A stretch of DNA of 62,496 nt, the filler included, from Sphaeroforma arctica JP610 (lineage: Eukaryota), in NCBI RefSeq assembly GCF_001186125.1. It is 6 parts of 2 records of this genome, joined end to end, with 100 filler letters (N's around TTAATTAATTAA, not from the genome) between each part and the next. Parts side by side here need not be neighbours in the genome. Positions count along the whole stretch, not along the records: positions 27,522 to 53,135 come from NW_014040523.1; 5 more parts are not named here. One strand, 5' to 3'. The translations under genes were made by a program, and so were the position numbers. The first letter of the stretch is position 1; the number at the start of each line of letters is the position of its first letter. The notes under the pieces were generated by a model. It saw nothing but the letters and a program-made list of their open reading frames with translations. It ran no database searches and had not been told where the DNA came from. This document shows, in pieces, positions 37,501-49,633 of the stretch.

Positions 37501-40500
37501 ATTGACGTATCGTATCTCGTGTTTTGTCGGGCATATGCTTTTGTGGACTACGTACGCATATGTTGTGTTTTCGAATTGGCTGCGATACAATACTCTACTA
37601 CCTACGTCAAAAGTTTATTGCTTCAAGTTATGCACATGATAGATATTTTGAACCCAATACACTTCGATTCTCAATATTGTCAGCTGATATCTGGATCACC
37701 ACCTTACGCATATACAATAAAAGTATGAATGGAAGTACATCTGCATATATGCTGCAATCGCAGTATTTTTTACTGATATCATTGAATTATGGTTTACATG
37801 ATGAGCTCCAATATGTCATGTACTAATCCCATATGCTCTTGTCGGAGCGCGTAATCAATATATATATATATATATCGTACACTGATGCTTGTGGAAGCCT
37901 CACAATCATCTCTTCGCTTTCCGTCTCGCATTTCAATAGTTCACACGAATTCTAATGTTGATGCTTCACGCCCTGTCCGATTAGGTACATCAAAGCCTGT
38001 GCTATTCTAGCAGCAACCCTCTACACGGACTACTTGTGGATTGCGTCTGGGCCCACCATTCCGTTGGCGATCGTTTCCGGTCTGCTGTACGCCGCAATTG
38101 GCTTAAACATTCAGCACGATGCCAACCACGGGTCCGTGAGCAGGAATCCCATGGTTAATCGATTATTCGGTTACTCTCAGGTTTGTGTTTCCGAATGGAT
38201 CTGAACTGTTGTGGTTCTTCATCTGCGGATTTGTTCATTGTTTTGCATACAACGCGCTGTTAGGGTCGAGCCTTTTGGTCTTGGGCACCGATGGGTGTAC
38301 TCTGCTACATGGAACGCTCATCTGGAGGTTGTGTTGGCTGTTTGGTTTGCACGTGCACTCAGTTCAGTATGGTTGAGTCTACACCGCTGTCATTCAGATA
38401 TCTATGTCCCATTGCCTTTGTCAAAAAATTGGTACTAGAAGCTCTAGGCTGACTTGGCCATGTAAAAGCGAGTATGCAATCAGTGGTATACTGTCGCTCA
38501 TATTGCATCGATCGGCTATTGTGTTGCATCTGACATATCTTTGCTGTGCTGTTTTCGCCATACCAGGATTGGATCGGGGGATCGCGTATGCTGTGGATCC
38601 GCCAGCATGTTGTTGGTCACCATACACACTGCAATAGGCATCAGCATGACCCAGATGTAAAGTAAGCGTCTCATGCGGAGTATGTCCGATACTTTCTATC
38701 AAGTTATGCCGAGTGCACCTTGCTGTATTGCGCAACAAACTTTACTGTCAACTTAGGCTGTCACCTTGTGCACTGACGTATTATGATCGAAACCCTAAAC
38801 CCTGAAACCTTTGCGATGCCTGACTCTTTCCCAATAGGGGCGGCTCAGTCATCACTCTGTCGCGGTATTCTCTGCCCAAGGAATTCCACCACATCCAGCA
38901 GTACTACTTCCTGCCGTTGATCCAACTGCTCGGTATGGGCGCGTTAGATACATGCGATATCTCTTTTGTCTGAATGTATACCACAACTCGCCGTTAGCGT
39001 TCGCTGGCTTTGCAACTCATGCTTGGCCCGTTGACCTTCCGTATGTATTGATGTCTGTATGCCCCGTTCTGCGATATCTTCGGCTTACATTACTGGTGCA
39101 TACTGGCGATTTGTTTTGATTTAGGATTCCAATGGGTGTTCCTGGGGTTGCACGACCTGATTGAGATGAAGTACAAGGGAGAAAAGCTGCCGGAGAGCTA
39201 CCGAAAGGAGCGAAACATCGCTATCGGCCTTCGTGTTTTTTTTTCATCCGTAAATTCGGTAAGCATACAAACGCGAACTTAAAGCAGTCTGTTATGAAAA
39301 CAACACATTGTCTCGTTGTCTATGCACAAGCTCGTGAAACCCTACAGTGGTGTCACCAACGAAGGCCATGGTCACTGTGTCCTCGCACTCGCAATCGTAC
39401 ATACCTGACAGTGTCATTGTGGGGCTTATAGTGATGTTTCAGTATGCAGTCTGTGCGGCTCTGTAGATTTGGTTTCATATGCAAAACATACGACTGTATG
39501 TCTAACAGGAGGTGGGACGATGCAATGTTTGTGTTTGTATTGTCATGTGCCCTATCCCTGACGCTTCTTTGATATTTGTATGTAAAATAATATTGGGATG
39601 CATTCGCCGAGGCCTGTATAATTCCTGCTGAGCATTGCACATCAGGTTTCTATAACCTCTCCGAGACGATAGCTAATCCTGGTGGCTTTTGTATTCACGC
39701 ATACGCTGTGATAGTTCCTCTAGAACGTTAAGACAGATAGTCTGAATATTGGCTCGCTAGGTATAAGCATCGACTGATTATTTAACTCTCTGGGATAGCC
39801 GAATATGTATCAGGCTTTTGCCATATCTCAATAGGCCATCACGTATCTAGCATCTGGCTTGTCTCATTCAGATCCTATTGAGAGGCAGGAATATGTACGC
39901 AAAGGACTGTCGAAGTGGATAAAACCTATACACTCTACGGTGTTGGGATTCTGTTGTGCACGTTGTTGAGCGTGGTTTATTGATTGGAACCTCCATATTT
40001 ACCAATCATTTATATTTATATTTTTTATTTCTCCACACACCCACACAATTACTTGGACCTATGTAATACACCCCACCTATTTCTGTGTTTTGTGTCCGTT
40101 GACTGGGCTCAACAGTCGGACGCCCGCAGATTCACAACACAGCCCGCCACCGCCACACTCACCCGTGCACAACTGCAAGGCAGAGAAGCCATACCTCCTC
40201 ACACTCTACCCCTGGCCTGTACTGATACTTACTACCCAACCTCTCCCATCCCAGTTGTACCGTTTGCCCTGCATTTCTCGTGGTACACGCTCCTCTGCAC
40301 CTACCTGTGGATGGCCATTGCTGCTCTGTACCTGGGCTTCTTCTTCATTCTGTCGCACATCTTCGTGGGGGCTAAGTCGTTGCCGGAGGATGCCAAGAAC
40401 ATTGATTGGGCTAGGTGAGTTACGCGAAGCAACTTCTTCGGCGTGAAATTTTTGTTTTTATGTGTTTATCTCGTTAGTATGCGTATATAACATGCCCTAC

Positions 40501-41181
40501 ATGTGTAGATCGGCCAGCGCTTGAGTCTGAGAGCCTAGTTTTGTTCTCATTTTCACCCATCAGTGGTCTCTACCACTAACCAAACCGTCTGGACAGAACA
40601 GTCCTAATTGTAGTCCACAATTTGCCTCCGGCAACTCATCGCCAAGTCGAACAATTGACTGAATCCAACGAGCGCTCAAACGGCCTCACAACCTCTATGA
40701 GTCATGAGCGATCCCACCCAAACCCCTTTTTTGGGGGGTGAAGAAACCTACATGTATTAGACCTTGTATATGTCTCTATACACTTTGTCTCAAAGACGTA
40801 CACAGTCACATACGCACAACGATTAGACGCTCCCGTGAGTCTCACTACCACAATTTCGCTTGTGCCCCTCGTCTGTCACTCTTACCGTTCCCGTCGCTTC
40901 TGCGTTACAGGCATCAAATCGAGTCGTCCTCGAACGTCTGCGGAGAGAAGCTTGGCATCTCCAACGGCGGCCTGAACTATCAGATTGAGCATCACTTGTT
41001 CCCCAGGATGAGTCATGCGCACTACAGCAAGATACAGCCGGTGGTGCAGAAGGTGTGTGAGGAGAACGGGGTGAACTACAAGAAGTTCGGTACCATCCTC
41101 AGCAATCTGGACTCGACCTTCCGACAGGTGAAGGCGTTGGGATCGGTTGCGGTGTACAACGAGTTTATGGAAGGCTTGTGA
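34568..41181 (+). CDS. Cytochrome b5-fused front-end fatty acid desaturase, delta-4-like
   Basis: Exons 34568-34607, 35476-35636, 36749-36933, 37985-38180, 38567-38661, 38838-38932, 39125-39258, 40255-40414 and 40911-41181. HPGG heme motif; His boxes QHDANH, QHVVGHH and QIEHHLFP. An apparent 1-nt frameshift lies in the T run at 39236-39244. The delta-4 call rests on recalled similarity to haptophyte-type delta-4 enzymes. Confidence 0.9.
36371..36790 (+). repeat. 86-bp tandem repeat x5 containing the desaturase exon 3 acceptor and exon start
   Basis: CCTTACAG|GATGCCACAC..CACTTCTACATGCTGCACCAATACGAATC recurs, with acceptor positions at 36404, 36490 (AC), 36576, 36662 and 36748. Confidence 0.95.
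37000..37240. repeat. Intronic 69-bp repeat built from ~23-bp CTTAGTTTC.ATGCG subunits
   Basis: CTTAGTTTCTATGCGGTTCTTGG starts at 37000, 37069 and 37138. Confidence 0.85.
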
Positions 41182-42221
41182 GCTGTGAGTAGAGTGCAGA
41201 GTGGCAACCCCTGAACCCTCTAGCTGGGCGGTCTTGGGTATTGATAACAATACAGCGTAGCTTAATGTAAGGTTTAGGTTTCAAGAACAACATAACGTGG
41301 TTTAGTGGGCGAATAATAAAGTTTTAGTTAATTATCGGTACCCCTCCTCTCTCCCAGAAAAAAAATACGCAACTATGATATATATGGTCGAAATCGTAAA
41401 TGTATCGTTCCGTTTTATCCTTTTTAAACCATTGGTTGATTTGCTTGGGGATTTCTTCCCTCGAACAGTTCCTCATGTGAGTTTATTTTAATGACAAATT
41501 AAAGGGAAAATTTGTTAGAGATGTGCCAGTATATACGAATTCTATTTGTATATTACGTATAAATGTATAAAAAAAACCTATGTACAGTACTCGACATTTT
41601 TCTTCTTGTTCTATCTATAATTTCACCAAACAAAAAGTTTCCACATCTTTCTACATATTATGCATCCACGGGCATTGACGGTTGATCAGACTCCCAAGAT
41701 GGTTGACACTACTGTGCGTATTTAAATAGTAATCACTTGAACGCTGAAGGTAACGATGGCGGTGTCTTTCACTTTTTAGAAAAGAATCGCTTCAGTTAGT
41801 CGGACCTCAGCCTCGCCCAGATTCAATTACAACTTTCTAGGTGAAGGAAGGGGCTCAAAAAAACAAGTACGCAAATACATACCAAGCGAAACTATAAGTA
41901 GGCTCCCATTCAACAACCTATTCGTAACTCTTAGACTAAAAGCAAATGCCTCAGCAAGCATAGCACTCGAGAGGGAGCTCGGTCATCCCTCGAATAACAT
42001 AGTATAAAAACCCCATCGAAAGAAAAGTTAGCCATAACCTTCTAAATTATACAAGTTAGCACACTTGTATAGATGAAAAAGAATCTATAGTATATTTATT
42101 AAAAAATCGCGTTTTTAAAGACATTGATCGAATAGCATCTAAAGTATATTTAAAAAGAATCACGTTTTTAAAGGCCCACTTGCTTGCTCAATACCACTTT
42201 GGATGTCAAATATGTATTTAT

Positions 42222-45200
42222 TTAGAGGAAATAATCGGCAATGGGTTTCTTTGAGGGTAAGTTTCTCTCTTCTTGAGGAGCCGCCTGTGTGTGCGTGTGT
42301 GTGTGCGTGTGTGTGGTGGGGGGGGGGGGTGCAGCAAAATTGACAATAAGAATTAAGGCGTGTGTGTGAAGATGTACTGCACTGAAATTGGACTGACCAC
42401 ATGTGCAGGGAGCACATTCCGAGATGCTGACTATACCATTACGAAGCTGGGCTATCAAGACTACCGGAATGGTTGAGGTATAAGTAAACGCTCAAGCAGG
42501 AACACAGGCTTTGATAGATAATTTAGCCCGGCGGTGTTGCTAGTATATACTCGATTAAGGATAAACGAATACCCTCCCCTTGCACAACACATTAAACATT
42601 AACGAGCTAGCAGACAGTCAAATCCTGATCGTGTTACGTAAATGTTAGTAACAGGAATATGTATTGCATTTGGGGTTGAATTGGCGCCGAGACCTAATAG
42701 CCGTGTATATCGGTAGTTTGCAACCGTGTGTACTCACCTCGAATATTTTGAATTTTCGGACCAAATTCTCGTCTAGTTCTAAGATCGAAGCCACGTTTCC
42801 GCACCTGAATACATTATAACGCGTGCATTGATCAGCGATAATAGATGGACTAAACTTACTCTTAAATATATACATACATACATACATACATACATAAATA
42901 CATAAATAAATAAATACATACATACACATGCATACATACATAAATACATGCATACATACTTGCATACATACACGCACACACATACACACATACATTACAT
43001 ACATACACACGTACATACATACATACATACATACACGCACACATACATACATATATACATACATACATACATACATACATACATAACCTTGCCACTCGAA
43101 TCGCAAATATCATGTAAATCATACAGTATATATTACTTTAAGACACACATTTATTGTACACCATCCCGCATGTTCAAGCCGCTTAGGACAGTCAGTCGGC
43201 ACAGACCAACCCGAGCTAATTCATTCAACTCCATCGATATATGGTGACAAAAAACGGGGCGCTCCCATAGACATACAATACCCACTCCAAATAGCCCAGG
43301 CATGCACCCACCTGTAACAGTAATTAGGCGCAGACCAAACCGTGCATATACTATCGTCAAACATCATCTTGTAACCCTCCATAACCAATTGGTGTGCCCG
43401 ACAAATGAGATCGAGACCATTAGCCGCGTTGAATTGTGCCACCACATCACCGCCGAACAGATAACCGGCACCACGTGGGGACAAACCCCAACCCTGCATG
43501 GGACGAAGCCAGGAGAAGGGAACGGCTTTAATGGGTGTGGGTGTGATATACATCTGATGGATAGATGAATTGGCTAACTGGGCGGACACATAGTGAGGGA
43601 GCGAGAGAGCGACTATGTATGAGTGGGTAGGTGAGCTACCCAAATCGCCCTGCTGAGTGAGAGAAGGTGTATACGCACGTGTGTAGATATGCTGCAATTA
43701 GTGATCCATTGACTTCATAACACCAGGCGAAGCTGAGGAAGGCGAATAGGTACGCGTGTCTAGATACGCTACATAGGTCGACTCACAAAGTGTGTGGCAA
43801 GAAGCGAAACGACAGAAAACCGGCCAATACGGATGAGACAAACAAGGGCTTCTCCAACTACGCAGGAGATCAATAATCCCAGCGAAGCGCACCCATGGGC
43901 AAGTAAGCGTACGCGTGATATAAGACCGCGCACGAGCTCAAAGTAACAACAAGTATTGTAGGTAGGCACGATATTACATTGGCCGACGCACGCACATACA
44001 CACACTCCTCCATTTGTTCAAGATCTACGCACATCGTCGAATAGTACACCATAGAAACACAACAATATCAGCATACTAAGACTTGCTATAACATGAAGAT
44101 ACATTGACAAACGCAGACACACACACCTCCATTTGCTCAGGATCTGACCACATGAGGTCACACATAGCCCCGTCGTGCGGCACCTCCTGCTTTCGGTCGA
44201 TGGTTCTAATCTGATCCAACGTGTTGATTGACGGAGATAGACCCCCGTGTACGCACAATACCTGTATCAGTGGAAGGGGATGGTGAGATACGTGCACGTG
44301 GTACGTGTAAAAGGAAGGGGTGGTGACTAAAGGTACGTACAATCGAATGTTTGACGAGTATGTGGTCAAAATACCCGTGCAAGTGCGGATGGTTGATATA
44401 TATATATTGGGTCATCCATAGCTATTTACAAGAATCGGGCGAGTGATTGATGAGAATGTGAGCTCACAGATATATGCACGTGCCAGCCAAAAGAATCTTT
44501 GGTAAACAATTGGCACATAGATACATATACTTGAATATATATTCGCTAGCCTACTAAGTCTTTACACAGCCGATCTCTGTGTACAAAATAACTCTCGTCT
44601 TATGAGTGGAATTTAAGTATTCTACAGATCCTAGTGCTTCGAAACGCACTTGCATACACGTGTACATAAATATTAACTGAAATTGAAATTTAAGGCAGAT
44701 GTGCATAAATATGTATTTCATGCACATGCAACCACGCGTAGAGATAAAAAGCGTTTCGTACATATAACCAAACATACAAACAAGCACACATTGCATATGC
44801 ACACGTACATACGTACCATATTATCCACTAGTGCGGATAAAGAGAGATGGTCAACGATCTCAGTACAGTACACTCAAACATACACACATTGATATATACA
44901 CACGACCATACGTACCTTATTATCCACTAGTGCGGATAGAGAGAGATAGTCGAAGATCTCAGTACAATAACGCCAGACGCTGACGCTGCCGAATTTGCGC
45001 AGACATTCGTCGTAGAAGCCGTACACTTGAGTGATCTGCCTGCTCTCATGGTTACCACGGATAAGCGTGATGCGATCGGGGTATCTCACCTGTGTATTGC
45101 AGAAGAACGGGTGTTAGACCCCACAACTGGAAGACAACACACGCATATACACGCACGCACGCGGTTGAACCTGTGTGGCTAATACAGCTGCCTGTGTGCG

Positions 45201-47941
45201 GAACTGTGTTCGTGGGTGTTCGCCAATCCTCAAACAATAGTCCCAAAATATGAAAGATCAATCAGTAGACGCACACTATCCATGATCTGGTATGTACCCA
45301 TCATCGCATCTGCCCGATAGTTTTACGCTACCATCCGCAAGTTTTAGAGTTCTCTAAACCCTAAACCCCATACCTTCAGAGCTAATAATAAGAGGAAAGT
45401 CTCGACGGAAAAGTAGCCTCGGTCTACGAAATCACCCAGGAATAGGTAGTTTGTGGTGGGGATGTCGCCTCCCACTTTGAACAGTTCACGTACGTCGTAG
45501 AACTGTCCGTGCACGTCCCCACAGATCTGCAGGTAAAAGGTCGGATAATGGAGTGCTTAAAAGTAGGTGAGACTGAAGACAATTTAGTACAGTAGAGAAG
45601 GTGTGACCATTGACGAAGTAAGCCAGCTATCATATGGTCAACAATGGCGAATATGAAGTTGTAGAAGAAATAGACGACGTAGGGACTGGTTCGCACAGTC
45701 TCGCGAGACATGTGTTGGATTGGTTTATGCGAGGATAAGCGTGCCATAGTATTGTACAACGTAACGTCCATAGGTTTGTATGACAATATATATGCAAGCC
45801 AAGCACGTGCCCGCCACAGATAGCTTCGCATAAAGAACTTGATAATTAAGCTCCTACACCAGGGTATATACTTCGTTACAACTGAGTGCACACACGCCTC
45901 GTTTAGCTCGTACGCTAAACGTTGTAAAAATTATCGATTTCTTCCAGTTTGAGGAGTAGTTGGCTGACCGTAATTAGGAGATGAAAATCCTACCAGCTGT
46001 TCTGATTGGATTCAAAGTTAAATCGACCCCCTGTGAACTATACTTCCGACTAGCCACAAGAGCGCTACAATTAAGGAGTTGTCCGCGAATCAGTGCTAAA
46101 CCATCCGCTAAAGAACTTAATAATTAAGCTCCTACACCAGGGTATATACTTCGTTACAACTGAGTGCACACATGCCTCGTTTAGCTCGTACGCTAAACGT
46201 TGTAAAAATTATCGAATTCTTCCAGTTTGAGGAGTAGTTGGTAGAACGTAATTAGGAGATGAAAATCCTACCAGCTGTTCTGATTGGATTCAAAGTTAAA
46301 TCGACCTCCTGTGAACTATACTTCCAACTAGCCACAAGAGCGCTACAAATAACGCTACAATTAAGGAGTTGTCCGCGAATCAGTGCTAAACCATCCGCTG
46401 CCCAAAAATACCATGGGCGCAAACATACAAAGTGTGTTTTTCAATTCGTGTGAGGCTACGATGTGAGCTGACTCGATACGGAGTGTCGCGCCTATCAACA
46501 AATAATACATGAACGCAGATGAAACACCACTCAGTACCAAGAGTATGTTGTCAATATCCCATGTATCCATAAGTGTTGAGGATTGCATACTCATACACCA
46601 AACTAGAAGCAGATAGAGGTCGGTATACGTACCGTTACGGGTGAGCTGACCTGCTGCACATTGCTCTCCTCTACCAATATCTCCCGCGCCTTCGCACAGA
46701 TAAGCTTGACCTCTGCCTCTCGGATCAGTTCACAATTTCGGAGAGTTTCTATTTGACTGCATAGATCAAAGGGATCCATCTCGTAGTTTAAGAAAGGCAT
46801 CAACTCGCTCAAAATTAAATACATACATACAAAAGTGTATATCCGTATATCCGTATATATATATATATATATATATATAATAATACTATATATAATAATA
46901 CTACTATATATATATATNNNNNNNNNNNNNNNNNNNNNNNNNNNNNNNNNNNNNNNNNNNNNNNNNNNNNNNNNNNNNNNNNNNNNNNNNNNNNNNNNNN
47001 NNNNNNNNNNNNNNNNNNNNNNNNNNNNNNNNNNNNNNNNNNNNNNNNNNNNNNNNNNNNNNNNNNNNNNNNNNNNNNNNNNNNNNNNNNNNNNNNNNNN
47101 NNNNNNNNNNNNNNNNNNNNNNNNNNNNNNNNNNNNNNNNNNNNNNNNNNNNNNNNNNNNNNNNNNNNNNNNNNNNNNNNNNNNNNNNNNNNNNNNNNNN
47201 NNNNNNNNNNNNNNNNNNNNNNNNNNNNNNNNNNNNNNNNNNNNNNNNNNNNNNNNNNNNNNNNNNNNNNNNNNNNNNNNNNNNNNNNNNNNNNNNNNNN
47301 NNNNNNNNNNNNNNNNNNNNNNNNNNNNNNNNNNNNNNNNNNNNNNNNNNNNNNNNNNNNNNNNNNNNNNNNNNNNNNNNNNNNNNNNNNNNNNNNNNNN
47401 NNNNNNNNNNNNNNNNNNNNNNNNNNNNNNNNNNNNNNNNNNNNNNNNNNNNNNNNNNNNNNNNNNNNNNNNNNNNNNNNNNNNNNNNNNNNNNNNNNNN
47501 NNNNNNNNNNNNNNNNNNNNNNNNNNNNNNNNNNNNNNNNNNNNNNTATATATATGAGTGAGCCTGTGCGTGTGTGTGTGTTTGGGTGGGTGTGTGTGTG
47601 TAGGCGTGTGTGCGCGTCTGTACGTGGTGTGCAAGTGTGTGCGCGCGTGTGTGTACATGTGTGAATATACGAGTGTGCGTGTGTGTGAATATACGAGTGT
47701 GCGTGTGTGTGTATTTCTGTTTTTGTGTGTTTAATGTATGTTTATCGTATGTATATATACGTATGAACTAGGTATACGTGCATGTATTGGTGAATATGTT
47801 CATATAGACGTTCCAATGTGTGCTTCAACCTGCATTAGATACTAGCAGCTCTACTTTGTTGCACTGCTTGAATACTTGAACGCCCGCCAACTCCCTTGTA
47901 CACAGACACACGTACCGATCAAGGTCGCCGTTTGACACCAT
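42222..47941 (-). CDS. PPP4C: Serine/threonine protein phosphatase 4 catalytic subunit (PP2A-like PPP family)
   Basis: Exons (-): 47916-47941, 46633-46756, 45374-45526, 44916-45089, 44127-44261, 43312-43493, 42738-42804 and 42222-42284. Motifs GDVHG, GDFVDRG, RGNHE, HGGLSP and [12 protein letters not shown]-terminus KKPIADYFL is PP4-type. Confidence 0.95.
45832..46399. repeat. ~278-bp intronic tandem duplication in PP4 intron 2
   Basis: ATAATTAAGCTCCTACACCAGGG...CAGTGCTAAACCATCCGCT occurs twice, nearly identical, with an ~11-bp insertion in copy 2. Confidence 0.9.
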
Positions 47942-48456
47942 TTTTATCTCTGCTGTGTTGACACGATTTATCGTGTCTTATATCGATAAGTAGTATAGAC
48001 TTGAGACGTCGTATACGCTACTGATATTTTGGCTATCCGAACTGTTCATTCACATACTCGTTGCTTTAGATTTATCATTTGTACAATATTGTGCACATTC
48101 ACTGGCCACATAAAAGAGCTACAGATTTTTTCGAAGAAAGCCTCAAACGGCGCCATCCGCAGGACATCGTCTTGTGGTTATAAATATTTCTATATAAAAT
48201 ATTTCATATTATAACTCATATATATTTGATAGGCATAATGCCATATAAATATCCCTTCAATACCCCGTCGGTAATTAATATGCGACCTTCGAACAATACA
48301 ACCGATGAGTCATTGCAATTGAGTGCTCATATAACTGGTTGCTTTATCCCCCCCCCCCCCCCGTCGTATTTTCAGATCTAGGGCTAGGACAAACTGTAAT
48401 ATTTATACACTTCATGATGTACAAATCTGTAATTACAAACAGTACAAATACCATAT

Positions 48457-48978
48457 ATGTCGGTACCAACTGGGCCCGTGCAGGAGACTGATCGCTTCGA
48501 TCTGTACATGCCAATCGAAGCGTATGACCAGGAGAATCGAGACCTTCTTCTCGACGAGAAGGTGACCCAATATATTCCTTTTCTGCATACACTTGCCAAA
48601 GACAACGATGCCTTCAGCAGGCGCAGATGCACTCATCGGTCGCAGTGTTTGGCTGGGGAGGGCGCCTTCTTCGATGTTGTTCACAGGGAAAGTGGGGAGT
48701 ATATGGCGTCATCTGGGTTCCGCGAGATGCATCTGGATGAGAAATGGGCTGAGTGGGGAATCATAGTAAGTAGTAAGTGGCAGAGAAAGGGTGTATGTGA
48801 TGAAGTGTACGAGGGATGCATTGCCTGGGCCAGGAGTAAGGGTTTAGACAAGGTCACTGCGAGCACGTGGCCAATCAATAAGGGTATGCTCGCTTTTTTT
48901 GACAAGAAGGGATGGAAAGTAGTGGGTAGACACTCGAATGATTATGGAGACTGGGTGAATCTAGAAATCAAACTCTAG
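48457..48978 (+). CDS. GNAT N-acetyltransferase, RimJ/RimL-like (start uncertain; small upstream exons possible)
   Basis: Uninterrupted 173-aa ORF with AEWGIIVSSKWQRKGV (acetyl-CoA motif A, Q/RxxG), T..N.GMLAFFDKKGW (motif B) and N-terminal ETDRFDL. Confidence 0.8.
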   Translation: MSVPTGPVQETDRFDLYMPIEAYDQENRDLLLDEKVTQYIPFLHTLAKDNDAFSRRRCTHRSQCLAGEGAFFDVVHRESGEYMASSGFREMHLDEKWAEWGIIVSSKWQRKGVCDEVYEGCIAWARSKGLDKVTASTWPINKGMLAFFDKKGWKVVGRHSNDYGDWVNLEIKL

Positions 48979-49633
48979 ATGAACTTAATATGCTCAGCAC
49001 TGCTTAGCAGAACCCTCATACTTTATCGTGATCGATATTACTACTCTTCAACAAAAATTAAAAAGAATTGTGAATGGTTTACTATTTGAGCATCATAGTT
49101 GAACACGGTTAAGCATTTATTCTCAATGCCACAGATTTATACGTAGTCGGAATCTCGTTTATGACCTCCGGAGAGTTCCTAACCCCTTGCAATTAAATGA
49201 TCGCGTTAATCATCACTGATGCAGATTGATTTCTCAGCCTATCACATCAACAGCTCACCCTTTACGCTCAAGCCTCCATATATGGTTCATAATAGCACTG
49301 CGATATTCGATACTATCGCTGCGAGAAACAATGAGGAAATTAGCGACTCTCCCGGATGTAGCGCTAGACTAGCGCAGAGTTTGTTGGCGCACTGGATGTG
49401 TGGGAGGAGCATGTATTAATATTATTTGCCGGGTGTATTGTACTATATGGCTTATACTAGTTTTACCACCACTGCATGGGACCCTGACAATATGCACATT
49501 GGTCTTCGCCGTCCATCTGTATGTGGCAAAGTCTACTGTGTTAGTAGCTGATGCAATCACCTGTCATTCAGATTTCTAGTTTACCCTCAATGATAGGTCA
49601 CACTCGTATTTCCCATCGGGCACCGCCTTTAGC

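Noticed and set aside
46603..47658. 351-aa ORF
   Set aside because: Mostly N-gap translation; only the PP4 exon 46633-46756 is real.
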